This document shows, in pieces, positions 21,475-33,313 of a stretch of DNA of 64,000 bases (the stretch's first letter is position 1; every line of letters begins with the position of its first letter). This stretch comes from an uncultured Planctomycetota bacterium (GTDB lineage Bacteria; Planctomycetota; Planctomycetia; Isosphaerales; Isosphaeraceae). The position numbers were made by a program, and so were the translations under genes. Below the pieces are notes generated by a model. That model ran no database searches. It was given only the letters and a program-made list of their open reading frames with translations, and was not told the origin of the DNA. The stretch lies in NCBI GenBank assembly GCA_963823665.1, contig CAWGMQ010000003.1, forward strand, positions 160,001-224,000, written 5' to 3'.

Positions 21475-23014
21475 GATTGTCAGCCGCTGGCGCGGCGGTG
21501 CATCAATGCGACAGATCGCCCGCGAGTTGGGACTGGCACGGAACACGGTGAGCCGGGTGCTTGTCGGGATTGATGCCCAGCGGGCCGGCAAGGCGTCGAC
21601 CTCGCGCAGACGACCCAGCCAGCTCGATCCCTACGAGCCGGTCATCCTCGAGCTCCTGGGCCGATATCCCGATTTGACCGGCGTACGGCTCTTGGAAGAG
21701 CTGCGCCAGCAGGGCTTCCCGGGCAGCTATAGCACGGTCCGCCAGCGGCTACGCGAGCTCCGTCCGGGCTCGGGACCACAGCCGGTCATCCGCTTTGAGA
21801 CTGGGCCGGGTGTCCAGGCTCAGATGGATTACGCCGTCTACGATCTGGACTTCACTTGTGAAGGCCGGCGCCGCGTCAATTTGTTCAGCTACATCCTGGG
21901 CTATTCACGGCGGCAGTATCTGCGCTTCGTCGAGGCCCAGGACATGGTGACCACCCTGCGTGAGCACGTGCGGGCCTTTATGCATCTGGGAGGCGTGGCC
22001 GCTACCTGCTTGTATGACAATATGAAAGTTGTGGTCAGTGGTCACGAGGATGACGTGCCGATCTACAACCCGCGGTTCCTGGCCTTCGCCACCCACTACG
22101 GATTCCGGCCAGTGGCCTGCCGCGTGCGGCGGCCTCAAACCAAGGGAAAGGTGGAACGCCCGTTTTATTACGTTGAAACCAGCTTGTTCAACGGCCGCAG
22201 CTTCGAATCGCTCAGTCATCTGAATGAGACCACCGATTGGTGGCTGGCGCAGGTCGCGGATGTCCGCGAGCTCCGCGCCGCCGGCAAGACGCCCTTGCAG
22301 CTGCATCAGGAGGAACTTCCCCACCTGATCCCGTTACCAAACCAAGCTTATGTGGTCGCCCCGGTTATCTATCGCACAGTCGACGTCGAAGGCTTGGTCA
22401 CTTACTGCCAGAACGGCTACTCAGTGCCTTGGCGGTACATCGGCTGCGTGTTGCCGGTGCGGGTGACCGAGACCGAGGTGATCGTTTACGGTCCTCAGGT
22501 CGAGGAGATCACCCGGCACGCGCTGTTGCCGCGCACGGCCAGAGGGCAACGGAGCGTGCACAAGGAGCACCGGCCTAACGAAAGCACACACCGGCGACAG
22601 GCGCAACTGGAGGAACGCTTTGGCGAGCTGGGCGAAGTGGGCCGTCGGTTCCTGGAAGGGCTGCTGAGAGTTCAGCGATACGGTAAGGACCAGGCGCAGC
22701 GAGTGCTGGCACTATTGGGAACCTACACCCGAACAGACGTGATCGCCGCGTTGGAGCGAGCGGTCCGATATGGTGCTTATTCTCATGCGGCGGCGGCACG
22801 TATCCTGTCGGTCCAAGCTCGACCGAAGACTATCTTGGAGGTGCTGGCCGACGAAGAGCGTCCGCTGCCTCCTTGGCTGGGCGAGGATAAGGTGTCCCCG
22901 CGCCCGACGTCAGGCTACCAATACCTTTGCGAGCCGGAGGAGCACGAGGATGAAGACCCGACCAGCGCCCAAGGCGAAGCCGGCGGGGACGGAACTGCGC
23001 CAGAAGATCCTTGA
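21452..23014 (+). CDS. istA: IS21 DDE transposase
   Basis: N-terminal HTH, RFETGPGVQAQMDY, LGYSRR, YDNMK, RPQTKGKVER. Confidence 0.95.
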   Translation: MTEQKRNEIVSRWRGGASMRQIARELGLARNTVSRVLVGIDAQRAGKASTSRRRPSQLDPYEPVILELLGRYPDLTGVRLLEELRQQGFPGSYSTVRQRLRELRPGSGPQPVIRFETGPGVQAQMDYAVYDLDFTCEGRRRVNLFSYILGYSRRQYLRFVEAQDMVTTLREHVRAFMHLGGVAATCLYDNMKVVVSGHEDDVPIYNPRFLAFATHYGFRPVACRVRRPQTKGKVERPFYYVETSLFNGRSFESLSHLNETTDWWLAQVADVRELRAAGKTPLQLHQEELPHLIPLPNQAYVVAPVIYRTVDVEGLVTYCQNGYSVPWRYIGCVLPVRVTETEVIVYGPQVEEITRHALLPRTARGQRSVHKEHRPNESTHRRQAQLEERFGELGEVGRRFLEGLLRVQRYGKDQAQRVLALLGTYTRTDVIAALERAVRYGAYSHAAAARILSVQARPKTILEVLADEERPLPPWLGEDKVSPRPTSGYQYLCEPEEHEDEDPTSAQGEAGGDGTAPEDP

Positions 23015-23765
23015 GGACTTCGAGGTGCTGGGCATTCCCCTGCGGTCCGAGCAACTCGACGCGGTTGTAGGCCGTGCCGAGAGCGACGGGCTATCCCACC
23101 TGGAATTCCTACGGTTGCTGATCAGCGAGCAAGCCAACGGGCGTCGTGATCGCAGGATTGCCCACCGTATCCGCGAAGCCAGCTTCGCTGAAAACAAAAC
23201 GCTGGCTGACTTCGATTGGCAGTTCAATGCGGCGGTTATCGATCGAGTGCGGATCGAGGCATTAGCCGAAGGGGAGTTCATCGGCCGGCATCAAAGTCTG
23301 GTTTGGGTGGGTCAAAGCGGCGTCGGCAAAAGTCATCTGATCCAAGCGATTGGCCAGTGTGCCTGTGTGCTGGGTTACCGGGTGCGGTACGAGACCAGCA
23401 GCTCAATTTTGCAAAAACTGACAGCAGCGCTGGCGGACCAGACGTTGCCGAGCCACTTGCGATACTATGCCAAATTCGATCTGTTGATTCTCGACGAGGT
23501 CGGCTTCGACCGACTGGAACGGATCGAATCGCCCCAAGCGGCCAGCCTGTTGTACAAGCTGATCAACGTCCGCAGTGGGCGGTCGACGGCATTGGTGACG
23601 AACATCGACTTCGACGCATGGGGCGACTACTGGGGCGATCCACCGTTGGCAATGGCGTTCTTGGACCGAGTTGTCGACGGAGCGATCATCATGAAGATCA
23701 ACGGCAAGTCGTATCGGGCGCATCGGGGCGAACAAGCATCGGCCGTCAAGCGACCGAAGAAGTGA
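22950..23765 (+). CDS. istB: IS21 helper AAA+ ATPase
   Basis: KTLADFDWQF, GQSGVGKSHL, LLILDEVGF, AFLDRVV, GKSYR. Confidence 0.95.
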   Translation: MKTRPAPKAKPAGTELRQKILEDFEVLGIPLRSEQLDAVVGRAESDGLSHLEFLRLLISEQANGRRDRRIAHRIREASFAENKTLADFDWQFNAAVIDRVRIEALAEGEFIGRHQSLVWVGQSGVGKSHLIQAIGQCACVLGYRVRYETSSSILQKLTAALADQTLPSHLRYYAKFDLLILDEVGFDRLERIESPQAASLLYKLINVRSGRSTALVTNIDFDAWGDYWGDPPLAMAFLDRVVDGAIIMKINGKSYRAHRGEQASAVKRPKK

Positions 23766-24202
23766 AATAGCGTCGACGCCGGAGCTAGGGATCAGCCAGT
23801 CGACTTGATTTGATCCACGCTTCATCGAACGACGGCCGTCACATCCCGAAGCACCTTGTCTGTGCTTCACGCGGCAACCATTCAAGTGGTTCAATTCTGG
23901 CTGCGAAAGTGGCTCACTTCCTGGCTGCCGTTGAAACAAATGTTTCGTTTGTAATGTCGATGGTTGGCATGTCGACATCATACCAAGTGCCACGATGCCA
24001 CGCCGGCGGCCGCTGGCGGAAATAAAGGGGATTATCTACGCCTAGAAGGGAGCTTGGCCGATGCTGCGGGCGGGTGTTGCCGAAACACCACGCAGCTCAA
24101 AAGACTCGGCGTCATTCGCAACCCCGGAAATGAACTTGTCCTGTTGGTACTGCAAGTCTACAGCGGCGACCGCATCATCGCCAGCCAAGCCCAATCACAT
24201 GA

Positions 24203-25307
24203 CTACGCTGACATCGGCGTTACGAAATCATCTCGCATTCGAAATGCGGCGGATGACCCGTTCTCGACAAGCGAATCAAGCAGCAGAAGTACCGCGTCTC
24301 GCAGATCTTTCTGGCGTTTCAGTTCCAAGGGCCTACCATAAACATATCGCTGCAGCAGAACTTCGAGCATGTAGACTGTATCACTGCTCTTTAACATTTG
24401 TGTGGGATCCGCGTGGGCCAGACGTTTTGCAATCACCTCGAAGGCTTTCGGGAGCGATTGCTCACCGATGCGGTACAGGAACTCAACGTAGTCATGCAGA
24501 ATCGTCGAAGAGGCGGGCAACGCCTCGAAGAACGAATGAACGTTGTTTGCATATCCCTCCAGGCTTCGCCAGTGACGCGCCTCCTTTTTCCACCAACTTC
24601 CTAGAAACATAGCCGACATCATCTCGCCGCCCGTCGGATATCTGGTGTCGATCGTTTCAAGCCAAGGTGCGTGTCGGACCTTGTCGGCAAAAAGCGACCA
24701 AAGGGACCAAAACACTGGAGTATTAGGCTGTCGATCTTCGACACCGATCAGTTTAAGCAGAATCCAATGGACTTCCTTAGGGTGACGATCAACGGCGCCA
24801 AGTATTGGCTCGAGTATATCGGTTGCCGCCCCGGTTGACGTCTGGAGTAAGAAGTTTTCGAGAAGTTCCGTCAGTGATGATTCGGTCTCGTGGTTTCGTT
24901 CTCGCCGTCCGTTTTGGTGGTTTTTTTGGCGATCGTCATCTGCGTCCCACCACGCGACCAAGGTATGCGCGAGCCGCTGAAATCCCTTTCTCGCTGCAGA
25001 TTCATTCGGCGCCTGTCCTAAGATCGCTAGGATTCGGCAATCCGCCTCCGCACCGAACCACTGGGTGGTGTCCAACGCTTCGTACGCATCATTCGCGAAG
25101 GCATTTGCGTCGAAGAAACCCTGTCGAACAACGGCGCATACCTCGGCGGCAATATCGTCGAACTGCCGGCGATCCTGATAAGGGCGGCGTGCCTCAGTAT
25201 CTGACGCCTGTTGCAACAACGATGCTTCCGTCGCCAGAGCGTTTATAGAACGCAGCGCCAATTCACGATCAACCGCCCACAAATGATTTCCTATGCCCCA
25301 TGCAGCG
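24203..25307 (-). pseudogene. C-terminal fragment of a large helical-repeat protein, probably an Avs4-like STAND antiphage NTPase; 5' part removed at the IS3 end
   Basis: About 367 codons of lower-GC helical sequence ending LLLLDSLVENGSSAAFRMRDDFVTP, which resembles Avs4-type C-termini (from memory, not searched). Native sequence begins at the IS3 IR. Confidence 0.5.
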
Positions 25308-26933
25308 TGTCTTGGTTCACCGTGAAATGGAATTTCGTCCGATTGGCGTAAATGAATGGGGAACGGCATCGTGGCCTGGATGTCGCGGCATCGTGCCGCG
25401 AAGGTTTGTCGCATTGGTGCCAATCCCGGAGCTGTCGTGCTGCGATCGAGGAGAGCGCAGAGCCGAGGTATGCTCGGCTCTGGCTCCGGTCTTGGCCCCT
25501 GGCTCGGCGCTCGGGGTGCTCCTCAGCAGTACCCTATCCTCCGCCCAGGTCAACATCGTTTGTAGCTCGTCCGCGATCTTCACGCAACCTCTTGTGACCC
25601 GTGTCTAACTGTTGCTCGACGCTCGCGCGCCTCCTCCAGCTTGCGGTCACGCTCAGCGAAGATTTCTTTTTCCAGCCCGATCAACTTGTCGGCTGGGGTC
25701 AAATAACCTAACGCGCTATGCAACCGTATATTATTGTAGTGATCCACATATGATGCAATGTGACGTAGAGCCTCATCGAACGAAGACACCGCCGCTGGCC
25801 GTACGCACTCGCGTTTCAAACTGCCGTGCCAGCGCTCAAGTTTTCCGTTCGATTGCGGATAATACGGGCTCGTCCGAACGTGCGTTATGCCCGTCAGCCG
25901 GATGAATTCCTTGAAATCCCGGGCAATGAACTGCGGGCCATTGTCACTGATGATCCGTGGCTTTTCTCCTGGATGCCGCTCCAACGCCCGCTGGATGATT
26001 GTCTCGACTTCGCGCTCGGTCATGCTCTCACGAATCTCCCAGTGCACAATGTATCGGCTGCAACCGTCCAGCACGCTCGTCAGGTAGTAAAACGTCCCCG
26101 AGACGTTGATGTAAGAGATGTCCACATGCCAGTGTTCATGAGGCACCAGTGGTTGCACGAAGCCGGTTCCCTTCTTCGACGGTGAGAACCGCCTGCGATC
26201 GAGCCGGTTCGCTTGCTTGAGCACGCGATAGACGCTCGCTGGGCTGACGGCCACCACGTCGTCGTCGAGCATCATGAAGGTCAAGCGGCGATATCCTTCG
26301 AGAGGATGGCGATCGTGAAAATCGACGATGGCTCGTTTTTCCCAGTCCTCGAGCCACCAATCGCGCGGGACCTTGCCGTTGTGCTCGTTGACTTTGCCGT
26401 AACGGTGCTTCCAGTCGTGGAACTTACTTGTGCCCAGGCCGAGCCAACTCAGGAGCTGACGAGCCGGAAGCTCCGTGCGGTCGACCCAATGCTTGACGTA
26501 GTCGACGACCTGGTCACGCGTGTCGTGGGGAACCCAGGCTCCGTTCAGAGTTCCCCAAGTTCTTTTTTTAGCTGGACGTGCTCCTGCATCAGCTCGGCGA
26601 TGACCTCGTTCTTCTTGACGAGACTGGATTGGAGCCGCTCGACGAGCTTCGCTTGAAGCCGCTCTGCGCGGGGCGGACGGCCTGCTGCGCGCTCCAAAGC
26701 ATGCTCGGCCTGGTCGAGTACCTGCTTAATCCAGTTGTGGATCTGGCTGGGTTGAAGGCCGAACTCATCGGCCAAGTTGGAAACAGGCTCTTTGCCACTG
26801 ATATGGCGACGGACGATTTGAGCCTTTTGCGGCGCTGAGAAATGCCGGCGCGACTGTCTCATGGAACTCACCTCCGATAGGGTTAATTATAACCCAACCG
26901 GCGCGACATTCTATTTTCAGGTGAGGCAGGACA
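25308..26933 (-). mobile_element. IS3-family insertion sequence, 1626 bp; no target duplication
   Basis: IRs TGTCTTGGTTCACCGTGAAATGGAAT (25308, +) and TGTCCTGCCTCACCTGAAAATAGAAT (26933, -). Contains orfA and orfB. Confidence 0.9.
25580..26871 (-). CDS. IS3 transposase OrfAB with a -1 frameshift at A7G (26562-26569)
   Basis: OrfA HTH 26545-26871. The -1 frame is open from AAAAAAAG through WHVDISY, SDNGPQF and PQSNGKLERW. Confidence 0.92.
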
Positions 26934-27421
26934 GCCGGATTGTCGATTACGTGGGGATCGCCATTCCTTTCGTCTTATTGGGAATAACGGTTGTTGTGCT
27001 GCGTACCAAGCTTCCGGAACTAACCTTCGTGGTGATCGCTGACGTCATCGGCGTCGCCTTGGGCCTCCTCATCCTGTTCAAAGAGTATTTTAAATGGCAA
27101 GAAAAATTCAGCGATCATCAGAGGTTGCTTGAGCAAAACATTGATCTGGCGCGTGATGCGGCGCGTCTACTGGAGCGTAGGACGACGGTATCCGGGGAAG
27201 TTGCTGATTTGCTTTTTGAACGAGCCGATCAGATCGAGCGCCGGGACCTGGAGGTTTTCGGGGAAATCCCTGAGCCGCTCAGGCGAGAATACTACCGCCG
27301 CGCGCTGCGGGAGATGGGAACGGCGGCGGTCTGTGAATGCGGTGCGTCGCCGTGGCAATTCCAGCCTGGAACGTGTCAGATTTGTGGCGGAACTCCGGTC
27401 GTTACTCAAGGAGCGAAATGA
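26934..27421 (+). pseudogene. 'mobilome CxxCx(11)CxxC'-like two-TM protein, 5'-truncated by IS3
   Basis: Two TM helices, then YRRALREMGTAAVCECGASPWQFQPGTCQICG. Confidence 0.65.
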
Positions 27422-27630
27422 TGGCCAGTCCAGTCGATGATCTGAAATCGTGGTTTAGCAAACTGCTCGATTCCGACAAAGAAAAGGTCGTGGAATATCT
27501 TTACGGTACGCAACTTGAGCGCGCTAAGGCAGCGCAAAAGGCCGGGATAGGGTATTTCACACGCGGCCTGTTCCTTGGACCAGCCCCGACGGCGGCAAAC
27601 GTCTGTGATCGGTGCGGGCGCCCCTACTAA
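27418..27630 (+). CDS. small hypothetical protein with C-terminal CxxC
   Basis: ATGA-coupled to the upstream gene, GGAG RBS, ends VCDRCGRPY. Confidence 0.6.
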   Translation: MMASPVDDLKSWFSKLLDSDKEKVVEYLYGTQLERAKAAQKAGIGYFTRGLFLGPAPTAANVCDRCGRPY

Positions 27631-27651
27631 ATGCCCCGTGCGCAACTTGGT

Positions 27652-28608
27652 TTAATCGAACAGCATTTTTTCGCCATTCGTTGAATGCTTACGTGATTTG
27701 CGGCGGGCGGGGATAACCGCCGGGGCATCCTGTGCCTGTTTTTCATGTGGTTCAAACCGGAACCGGCTGGCTTCCAGGTATTCGGCGTTGTGCTCGACGG
27801 CAATCCAGTTGCGCGCCAGCTCCTCGCACGCCTCACCGGTCGTGTTGCTGCCGGCGAACGGGTCGATCACCAGGTCGCCCGGATCAGTCAGAAACCGGAT
27901 GAAAAAATGCGGTAGCTGAATCGGGAAGCGTGCTGGATGCGGCTTCACGCCGGATTCGTTGCACCGCTCAAGGTAATGGCCGTTTGCGTCGTTGTTGCCG
28001 CAGATGATGATGTTGCCCGGTATCGACCCGCCGTTGTCCTTGAATTTCTTGGTGATGATGTGGCCCGACGGCCTGACCTTCGGCTTGTAGCCCTTAATCA
28101 GCAGCCGCTTCATGTCCGGGCTGTATTCCTGGAGAACCTTCTGGTTATCCGCCTTTGGCCACGGCGTTTTCGATAACCACCAGACGCATTCGACGGAATC
28201 CTTGACGCGAATCTTGCGCACGTTAACCCATTCGGCAGGCGATGGCAGCTTGCCTGGGTTGTACCAGAAGAATTCCTGCGCCAGATGGAATCCGGCCTGC
28301 CGGCACAGGGCGATCAGCAGCTCAAAATGATAAAGCGACCGCGTAGGCTTCCCCGGCGTCCACGCGCCGCCAATGTCGATCACGGCGCTGCCGTCGTCGG
28401 CAAGGATACGATGGATTTCGCGGGCGAACGGCAGGAACCATTGGATGTAATCACCCTGGTTGGCGTTGCCGTATTCCTTTTTGAAATGCAGGGCATAAGG
28501 CGGCGAGGTCATCATCAGATTGACGCTGCCGCCGGGCATGCCCTTCATAAATTCCAGCGAATCCGTGACGTAAGCTTTGCCGAGGTCCGTCTTGTAAAGC
28601 GGGGTCAT
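27652..28608 (-). CDS. beta-class amino DNA methyltransferase, probably N4-cytosine
   Basis: TSPPY (motif IV) precedes HPARFP and [10 protein letters not shown] (motif I). Confidence 0.92.
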   Translation of the reverse strand: MTPLYKTDLGKAYVTDSLEFMKGMPGGSVNLMMTSPPYALHFKKEYGNANQGDYIQWFLPFAREIHRILADDGSAVIDIGGAWTPGKPTRSLYHFELLIALCRQAGFHLAQEFFWYNPGKLPSPAEWVNVRKIRVKDSVECVWWLSKTPWPKADNQKVLQEYSPDMKRLLIKGYKPKVRPSGHIITKKFKDNGGSIPGNIIICGNNDANGHYLERCNESGVKPHPARFPIQLPHFFIRFLTDPGDLVIDPFAGSNTTGEACEELARNWIAVEHNAEYLEASRFRFEPHEKQAQDAPAVIPARRKSRKHSTNGEKMLFD

Positions 28609-29177
28609 GGGCGATGCGCGTCTCCGATTGCCTGTTCAAGATGCTCGCGCCAATGGCCGGCAGCCGTCGGCGGAACCTTCTGCATGATGACGAGATAGTC
28701 CGGGTGCGGCGTCCGGCGCTCAAGATTGACGCTGGCGCAAAACAGGAACTTCCATTCGCCTGTTTGGTTGAACAGGCACGCTGCCAGGATGTCGAACTCA
28801 TCCACCTTATATCCGCGGCTGGGGCCGCCCGCGATGGCATTTCTCGTTTTCTGAATCTCCACCTTGAAACCGTCGCGGAAAACCTTCGTGCCGCTGCGGA
28901 CGTTCTTGCATTCGATCCGGTAAGTGGCACCGCCGATTTCGACGATGAAGTCGGGGTCACCTGTTGCATCGCTCCACGTGAGGCTGCCGATGTTCAATCT
29001 CGCGCGCCCGGCGTCCATATACCGGTGGAGATAGAATTCAGCCAGCTTGCCTTTCACATCCGTCCGCGCCCGATGGCCATGCTCGATGGCCGACAGAATT
29101 TCCCAGCCGGGCGCTTTGAATAGTTCCTCAAGAGGATGTTTCCTCGGTTGTCCGCTTTCCCAAAACTCGGGCGGCAT
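28605..29177 (-). CDS. putative type II restriction endonuclease (PD-(D/E)xK)
   Basis: KGKLAE ... GDPDFIV...[12 protein letters not shown] overlap with the methyltransferase. Confidence 0.7.
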   Translation of the reverse strand: MPPEFWESGQPRKHPLEELFKAPGWEILSAIEHGHRARTDVKGKLAEFYLHRYMDAGRARLNIGSLTWSDATGDPDFIVEIGGATYRIECKNVRSGTKVFRDGFKVEIQKTRNAIAGGPSRGYKVDEFDILAACLFNQTGEWKFLFCASVNLERRTPHPDYLVIMQKVPPTAAGHWREHLEQAIGDAHRP

Positions 29178-29493
29178 CCTTGCCTCCTGGCAACGTCGTC
29201 CCTGACGCTGGCAGTACGGAACAAACGATCATTGTAACGGGCAAATCTCCCAATCGCTAGGATCGGCTTTTCGGGTGCCTTGGAATTCCTCTTTTTCCTA
29301 AAGAAATCCCGTCCCGCGTGCGCCCAGAACGCTTAGCGGGACGCTGGCCACTGCCATACGCTTTCCTGCAACCGGCGTTGCGGCGGCTTTTCACCTAAGC
29401 GTTGCTCGATCCTGCCCCATTTCTGATTGGGCGTTCCGGCTGCGCCGCCGCGGGGATGTCGCCGGGTCGCCTTGGGGGATCGCTCCCCCAAGG

Positions 29494-31913
29494 GCCGGGT
29501 AAGGAGGTGACGTTACCGCCACCCCCTCCCCTCAGAACTGCACGTGAAAGTTTCCCTTCATGCAGCTCAAGCCTTCACGAACGCCCCTCGCAGGACGCGG
29601 CCGCTTTCGTCAGTCGTTCTTGGACATGGATCTGCCGATGACAGTTGGCATGCAACAACTCCAGGTTGTCGGCTGTGCCAGAACCGCCCCGGCTGCGCCA
29701 GATGCGATGGTGGAGATGCAAGTCTTCCTCTGCGATCCGCAGCGGTTGACCACAGACCACGCATCGTCCCTCTTGTTCCTTCCATAAGTATTCGATCCGA
29801 CCCCGACCTGCCAGCGTTTGGCTCAGTTGCCAACCCAGTCGTGCTTCCAGGTACAGTTCCCACTTCGGATCGTAGGGATTCACGTCGCTCCGGATCTTCA
29901 CATAACGAATGATCTTCACTTTGGCTGCTTCCATCAACTGGATCGGCCGGCCTTGGCCTTTCTGGTCAAACAGCGTACCGGTGAAGACCCAGTGGCGGTA
30001 ACCGTCTTGCTGGAAGTATTTCTCCTTGATCCACCTCCGGCCTTTGTTCTGGTGCCGTCGTCGACACCAACGCCACAATTTCTGGAAAATCCGGTGATCC
30101 ACGTACGTAAAAGTGCGCTTGCTCGCCGCGTAACGGTGGTACATGGTCCAGCCCTTGATCTGCTGATTCAAACGCCAGATCATCTCTCCTGCCGTTAGGC
30201 TGCCCGAGCCGTCGATCGTTTCCTGTATCTTGTTCAAGAACGTCTTCACGTTTCGCAAGGACGGCTTGGTGAACACCTTGCCGCAGCGATAGCGTCGCAC
30301 ATTCTGCCCCAAGAAATCGAAGCCATCCTCCACATGCGTGATCTGGGTTTTCTCGTGGGAAAGTTCCAAGCCGCGTTCCTTCAAGAAATGAGCCACGAGA
30401 GGTTGCACTTGGTCACGGAGGAGTTCCTTTGAGATGCCCGTGATCAAGAAGTCATCCGCATAGCGGACCAGGTGGACTTTAAACTTCCGTTGTCGCCCGT
30501 GCTTCTCGGCGAACTGTTCCGCCAACAGCCGTTGCAGTCCATCCAGAGTCCAATTCGCCAGGACGGGTGAAATGATCCCGCCTTGAGGTGTTCCTTCCGT
30601 GGTGGCGAACCAGGCGTGCTTCTCCAGGAAACCCACTTTCAGCCATTGCCCGAGCAACTGCCGGTCCATGGGGACGTGCGTCAAGAGCCAGTCATGACTG
30701 ATGCGATCAAAGCAAGCTTTGATGTCCCCTTCGAGAATCCATGCTGGACCGCTCCGATTACCCAAGACAATATGAGATTGTTCCAGGGCGTCGGCACAAC
30801 GACGTTCCAGCCGAAAGCCATAGGAATGGCCGTCGGCTCGAGATTCCGCAATGGGATCGAGGCCTAGCAAGTATAATGCCTGCATGGCTCGATCTGACAT
30901 GGTGGGAATTCCGAGAGGACGTCGCTTGCCGTTGCTTTTGGGAATGTACACCCGGCGGAGCGGTTGCGGTTGGTAACCGTGCCGACGCAGAGTGCTGAAA
31001 GCAGCCGACTTGGCTTCCGGTGTGTTCCAGAGAACTCCGTCCACACCGGGAGTCTTCGCACCCGAATTACTGATGACTCGCAAAATGGCCAGGGCCCGGC
31101 CACTGAACGAGTGCGTGAGCAGATAAACCAGAGCCTTGACCTTATTCCATCTGCCCTCCGCAACAGCCTTCACGATACGCGCCTGGAGCCGACGGACTGT
31201 GCGCCAGACTTTCTTCCATTCGATGGAGTGCCAGTCGGGCGTAAGCTCGGGAGCCGCACCAGCAAGCATTTCTGCCGCCGACATATCTGCTTGTCTCCCT
31301 GAGTCGGTTGGCCAAGGTTCTCTCGTGACGGAACACCTGAGGGAAGTCGGCACCGCTTTCGCGGTGAGGGGATGTCGTCCGTGGGAGGACTCACCCTCTA
31401 TCCGATCGACTACCGAACGGCATTGGCTTGCTCCCTCATCCTCCACCCGCCGCCCCATCGGCGACGCCTTACGACGGTCCTACCCCGAAGGGAGGGCGAC
31501 GGGCTTACCACGTTCCACGGATGAATCACGGATGGTTTAGGCTCTGCCTCTCCGCCGGTGGCTCGGATGACGACGACAGGGGATGGGAAATCCCACTGTA
31601 CCTGGCCACGTACCTTTTTGGTTCAAGCCTCTCAGCGCCTTTGGCTTGTTGGATCTCACGACGTTTATCGGCAGTTCACCTGGATTAGCCATGCCATCCA
31701 CCCCTGGCCCCCGACCGCATTGGCGTTCGCAGTCGCCGGATTCCCTCACGGGATATCCAACCACCCGAAGGTGAGGTTACGTTGTCCCAAGAGCTTCGCA
31801 CGGTCGGATTGCTCCGGCCGCACGTCCTGGTAGGGTTCCGGTGGTCGTACATCGGGTTATGTCCTGGTTGCAAATCCAGTCATAACAGACTCATCCGCAG
31901 CTTCGTTTCGCGA
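29494..31913 (-). mobile_element. group II intron C (CL1-type), nested in D6 of intron B (boundaries +/-2 nt)
   Basis: D5 GAGCTGCATGAAGGGAAACTTTCACGTGCAGTTC and D6 at 29494-29570. Removing it restores GGGAG-CCTTGGGGGA-GCGA-TCCCCCAAGG-CGACCCGGC. Candidate EBS1 TTCCCA (31584-31589) pairs with the 5' flank TGGGAG. Confidence 0.87.
29575..31284 (-). CDS. ltrA: group II intron reverse transcriptase/maturase with C-terminal HNH endonuclease; intact
   Basis: [43 protein letters not shown]...[10 protein letters not shown]...[14 protein letters not shown]. Confidence 0.95.
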   Translation of the reverse strand: MSAAEMLAGAAPELTPDWHSIEWKKVWRTVRRLQARIVKAVAEGRWNKVKALVYLLTHSFSGRALAILRVISNSGAKTPGVDGVLWNTPEAKSAAFSTLRRHGYQPQPLRRVYIPKSNGKRRPLGIPTMSDRAMQALYLLGLDPIAESRADGHSYGFRLERRCADALEQSHIVLGNRSGPAWILEGDIKACFDRISHDWLLTHVPMDRQLLGQWLKVGFLEKHAWFATTEGTPQGGIISPVLANWTLDGLQRLLAEQFAEKHGRQRKFKVHLVRYADDFLITGISKELLRDQVQPLVAHFLKERGLELSHEKTQITHVEDGFDFLGQNVRRYRCGKVFTKPSLRNVKTFLNKIQETIDGSGSLTAGEMIWRLNQQIKGWTMYHRYAASKRTFTYVDHRIFQKLWRWCRRRHQNKGRRWIKEKYFQQDGYRHWVFTGTLFDQKGQGRPIQLMEAAKVKIIRYVKIRSDVNPYDPKWELYLEARLGWQLSQTLAGRGRIEYLWKEQEGRCVVCGQPLRIAEEDLHLHHRIWRSRGGSGTADNLELLHANCHRQIHVQERLTKAAASCEGRS

Positions 31914-31960
31914 CTCCCACAGATCCGGGCTTGCCCAATTCAGGCACCCGGCTCGTCATG

Positions 31961-33313
31961 TCACTTGTTCGCTACGAGACGGCATACCGAGTGGATCGCG
32001 ATCGCTGCCGGAAGCGGTTTATGCTTCAGGAAACGAGCGAACCGATCCCACGTCATCCGACGGCCGCGCCGCGGCGCGACAGCCAGTGCTGCCAGAGCCA
32101 GGTGGCACCACTGCGAAACCGTGACAACATTTTGGAGTTGCCGGTGATTCCGTAGTAGGCATAGTGGCCTAGCAGTTTCTGACCTAGTATCCGGTGCTGC
32201 ACCTTGAGCGGTTGATGGCGATTTTTGCGACACCAATCCGCCAACGTTCGCAGGCTGCGGCGAAATCGACTTTTGGACGTCTTGCGCTTCACCACCCAGC
32301 GACCCTGCCGGGAGCGACCCCAGTAATGCGTGAACGCCAGCAGGTCGAAAGTCCCTGGTGGAGTTCGTGTGGGTCTGCCTTCCGGTTTGGGACGGTCCGA
32401 TGGCCGCTCGAACGGCACCAGCCGCGTCTTGTCCGGGTGGATGGTCAAGCCGTACTTCTCAAAGCGTTTGGGCAACACATTCATCACACGCCGTGCGTCG
32501 GACTCGCATGAGAAGACCATGACGAAGTCGTCCGCATAGCGGATCAAGAACGATCTGCCCATCATCCGAGGCTGAACCTCCCGCTCGAACCACTCGTCCA
32601 GCACGTAGTGCAGGAAGATATTCGAAAAGGATCGGGCTGATCACACCCCCTTGTGGCGACCCCATTTCGGGGTGCGTAACGCACCCGTTCTCGAAGACGC
32701 CCGCATTGAGCCATTTGCCGATGAGCCGGAGCAGCACTCCGTCTCGCACCCGACGCTTGAGGAAGTCGCGTAGATGGCCGTGGTCAATCGTGTCAAAGAA
32801 CTTACGAATGTCCACATCCACTACCCATCCGCCCTTCATGTTCATCGTCTGTTGCCACAGGCTCTCTGACGCAGTGTGTGCCGATCGCTCGGGCCGGAAG
32901 CCATGCGAGCAGTTCTTGAAGTCCTGCTCGTATATCGCCTCCAGAACCATCACGACAGCACGCTGGAGCACTTTATCCTCGAAGGTCGGGATTCCCAGTG
33001 GCCGGGTTTCGGTCGCTGAGCCTGCCTTGGGGATATGCACTCGCCGCACAGGCGGTGCGTGGTACGTACCGGACTTGGCTCGTTCCAGCAGCGACCGTAG
33101 GTTCGGGACCAGGTTCGCTGCGTAGGCCTCGCCATCTTGTCCGTCTACGCCCACCGCCCCGTCTTGGCGGGTCCGGTAGTAAGCTGTGAGCAGCCAATCG
33201 AGGTCGATGAAGTGCCCCAGGGATGTGAATCCCATCTCCGGGCTTCGCCGAGCGAGTTCCGCTATCCGTTGTTGTTTCGTGGACACGTCCACGGGTTCCG
33301 ATGCACCCGCCAT
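31961..33313 (-). CDS. ltrA: group II intron reverse transcriptase/maturase without En domain; frameshifts near 32625 and 32070
   Basis: [56 protein letters not shown]. Confidence 0.88.

Larger units (their letters stand above)
19530..23938 (+). mobile_element. IS21-family element, ~4.4 kb, with two passenger ORFs; no target duplication
   Basis: Left end TGTCAGCAGCAACGAAACGCTGAGCCA, right end TGGCTCACTTCCTGGCTGCCGTTGAAACA. Reiterated subterminal TGAGCCA-like repeats. Contains istA and istB. Confidence 0.85.

Noticed and set aside
25308..25583. Predicted N-terminus of ORF 24203-25423 and ORF 25317-25583
   Set aside because: These lie inside the IS3 end and are not part of the native gene.
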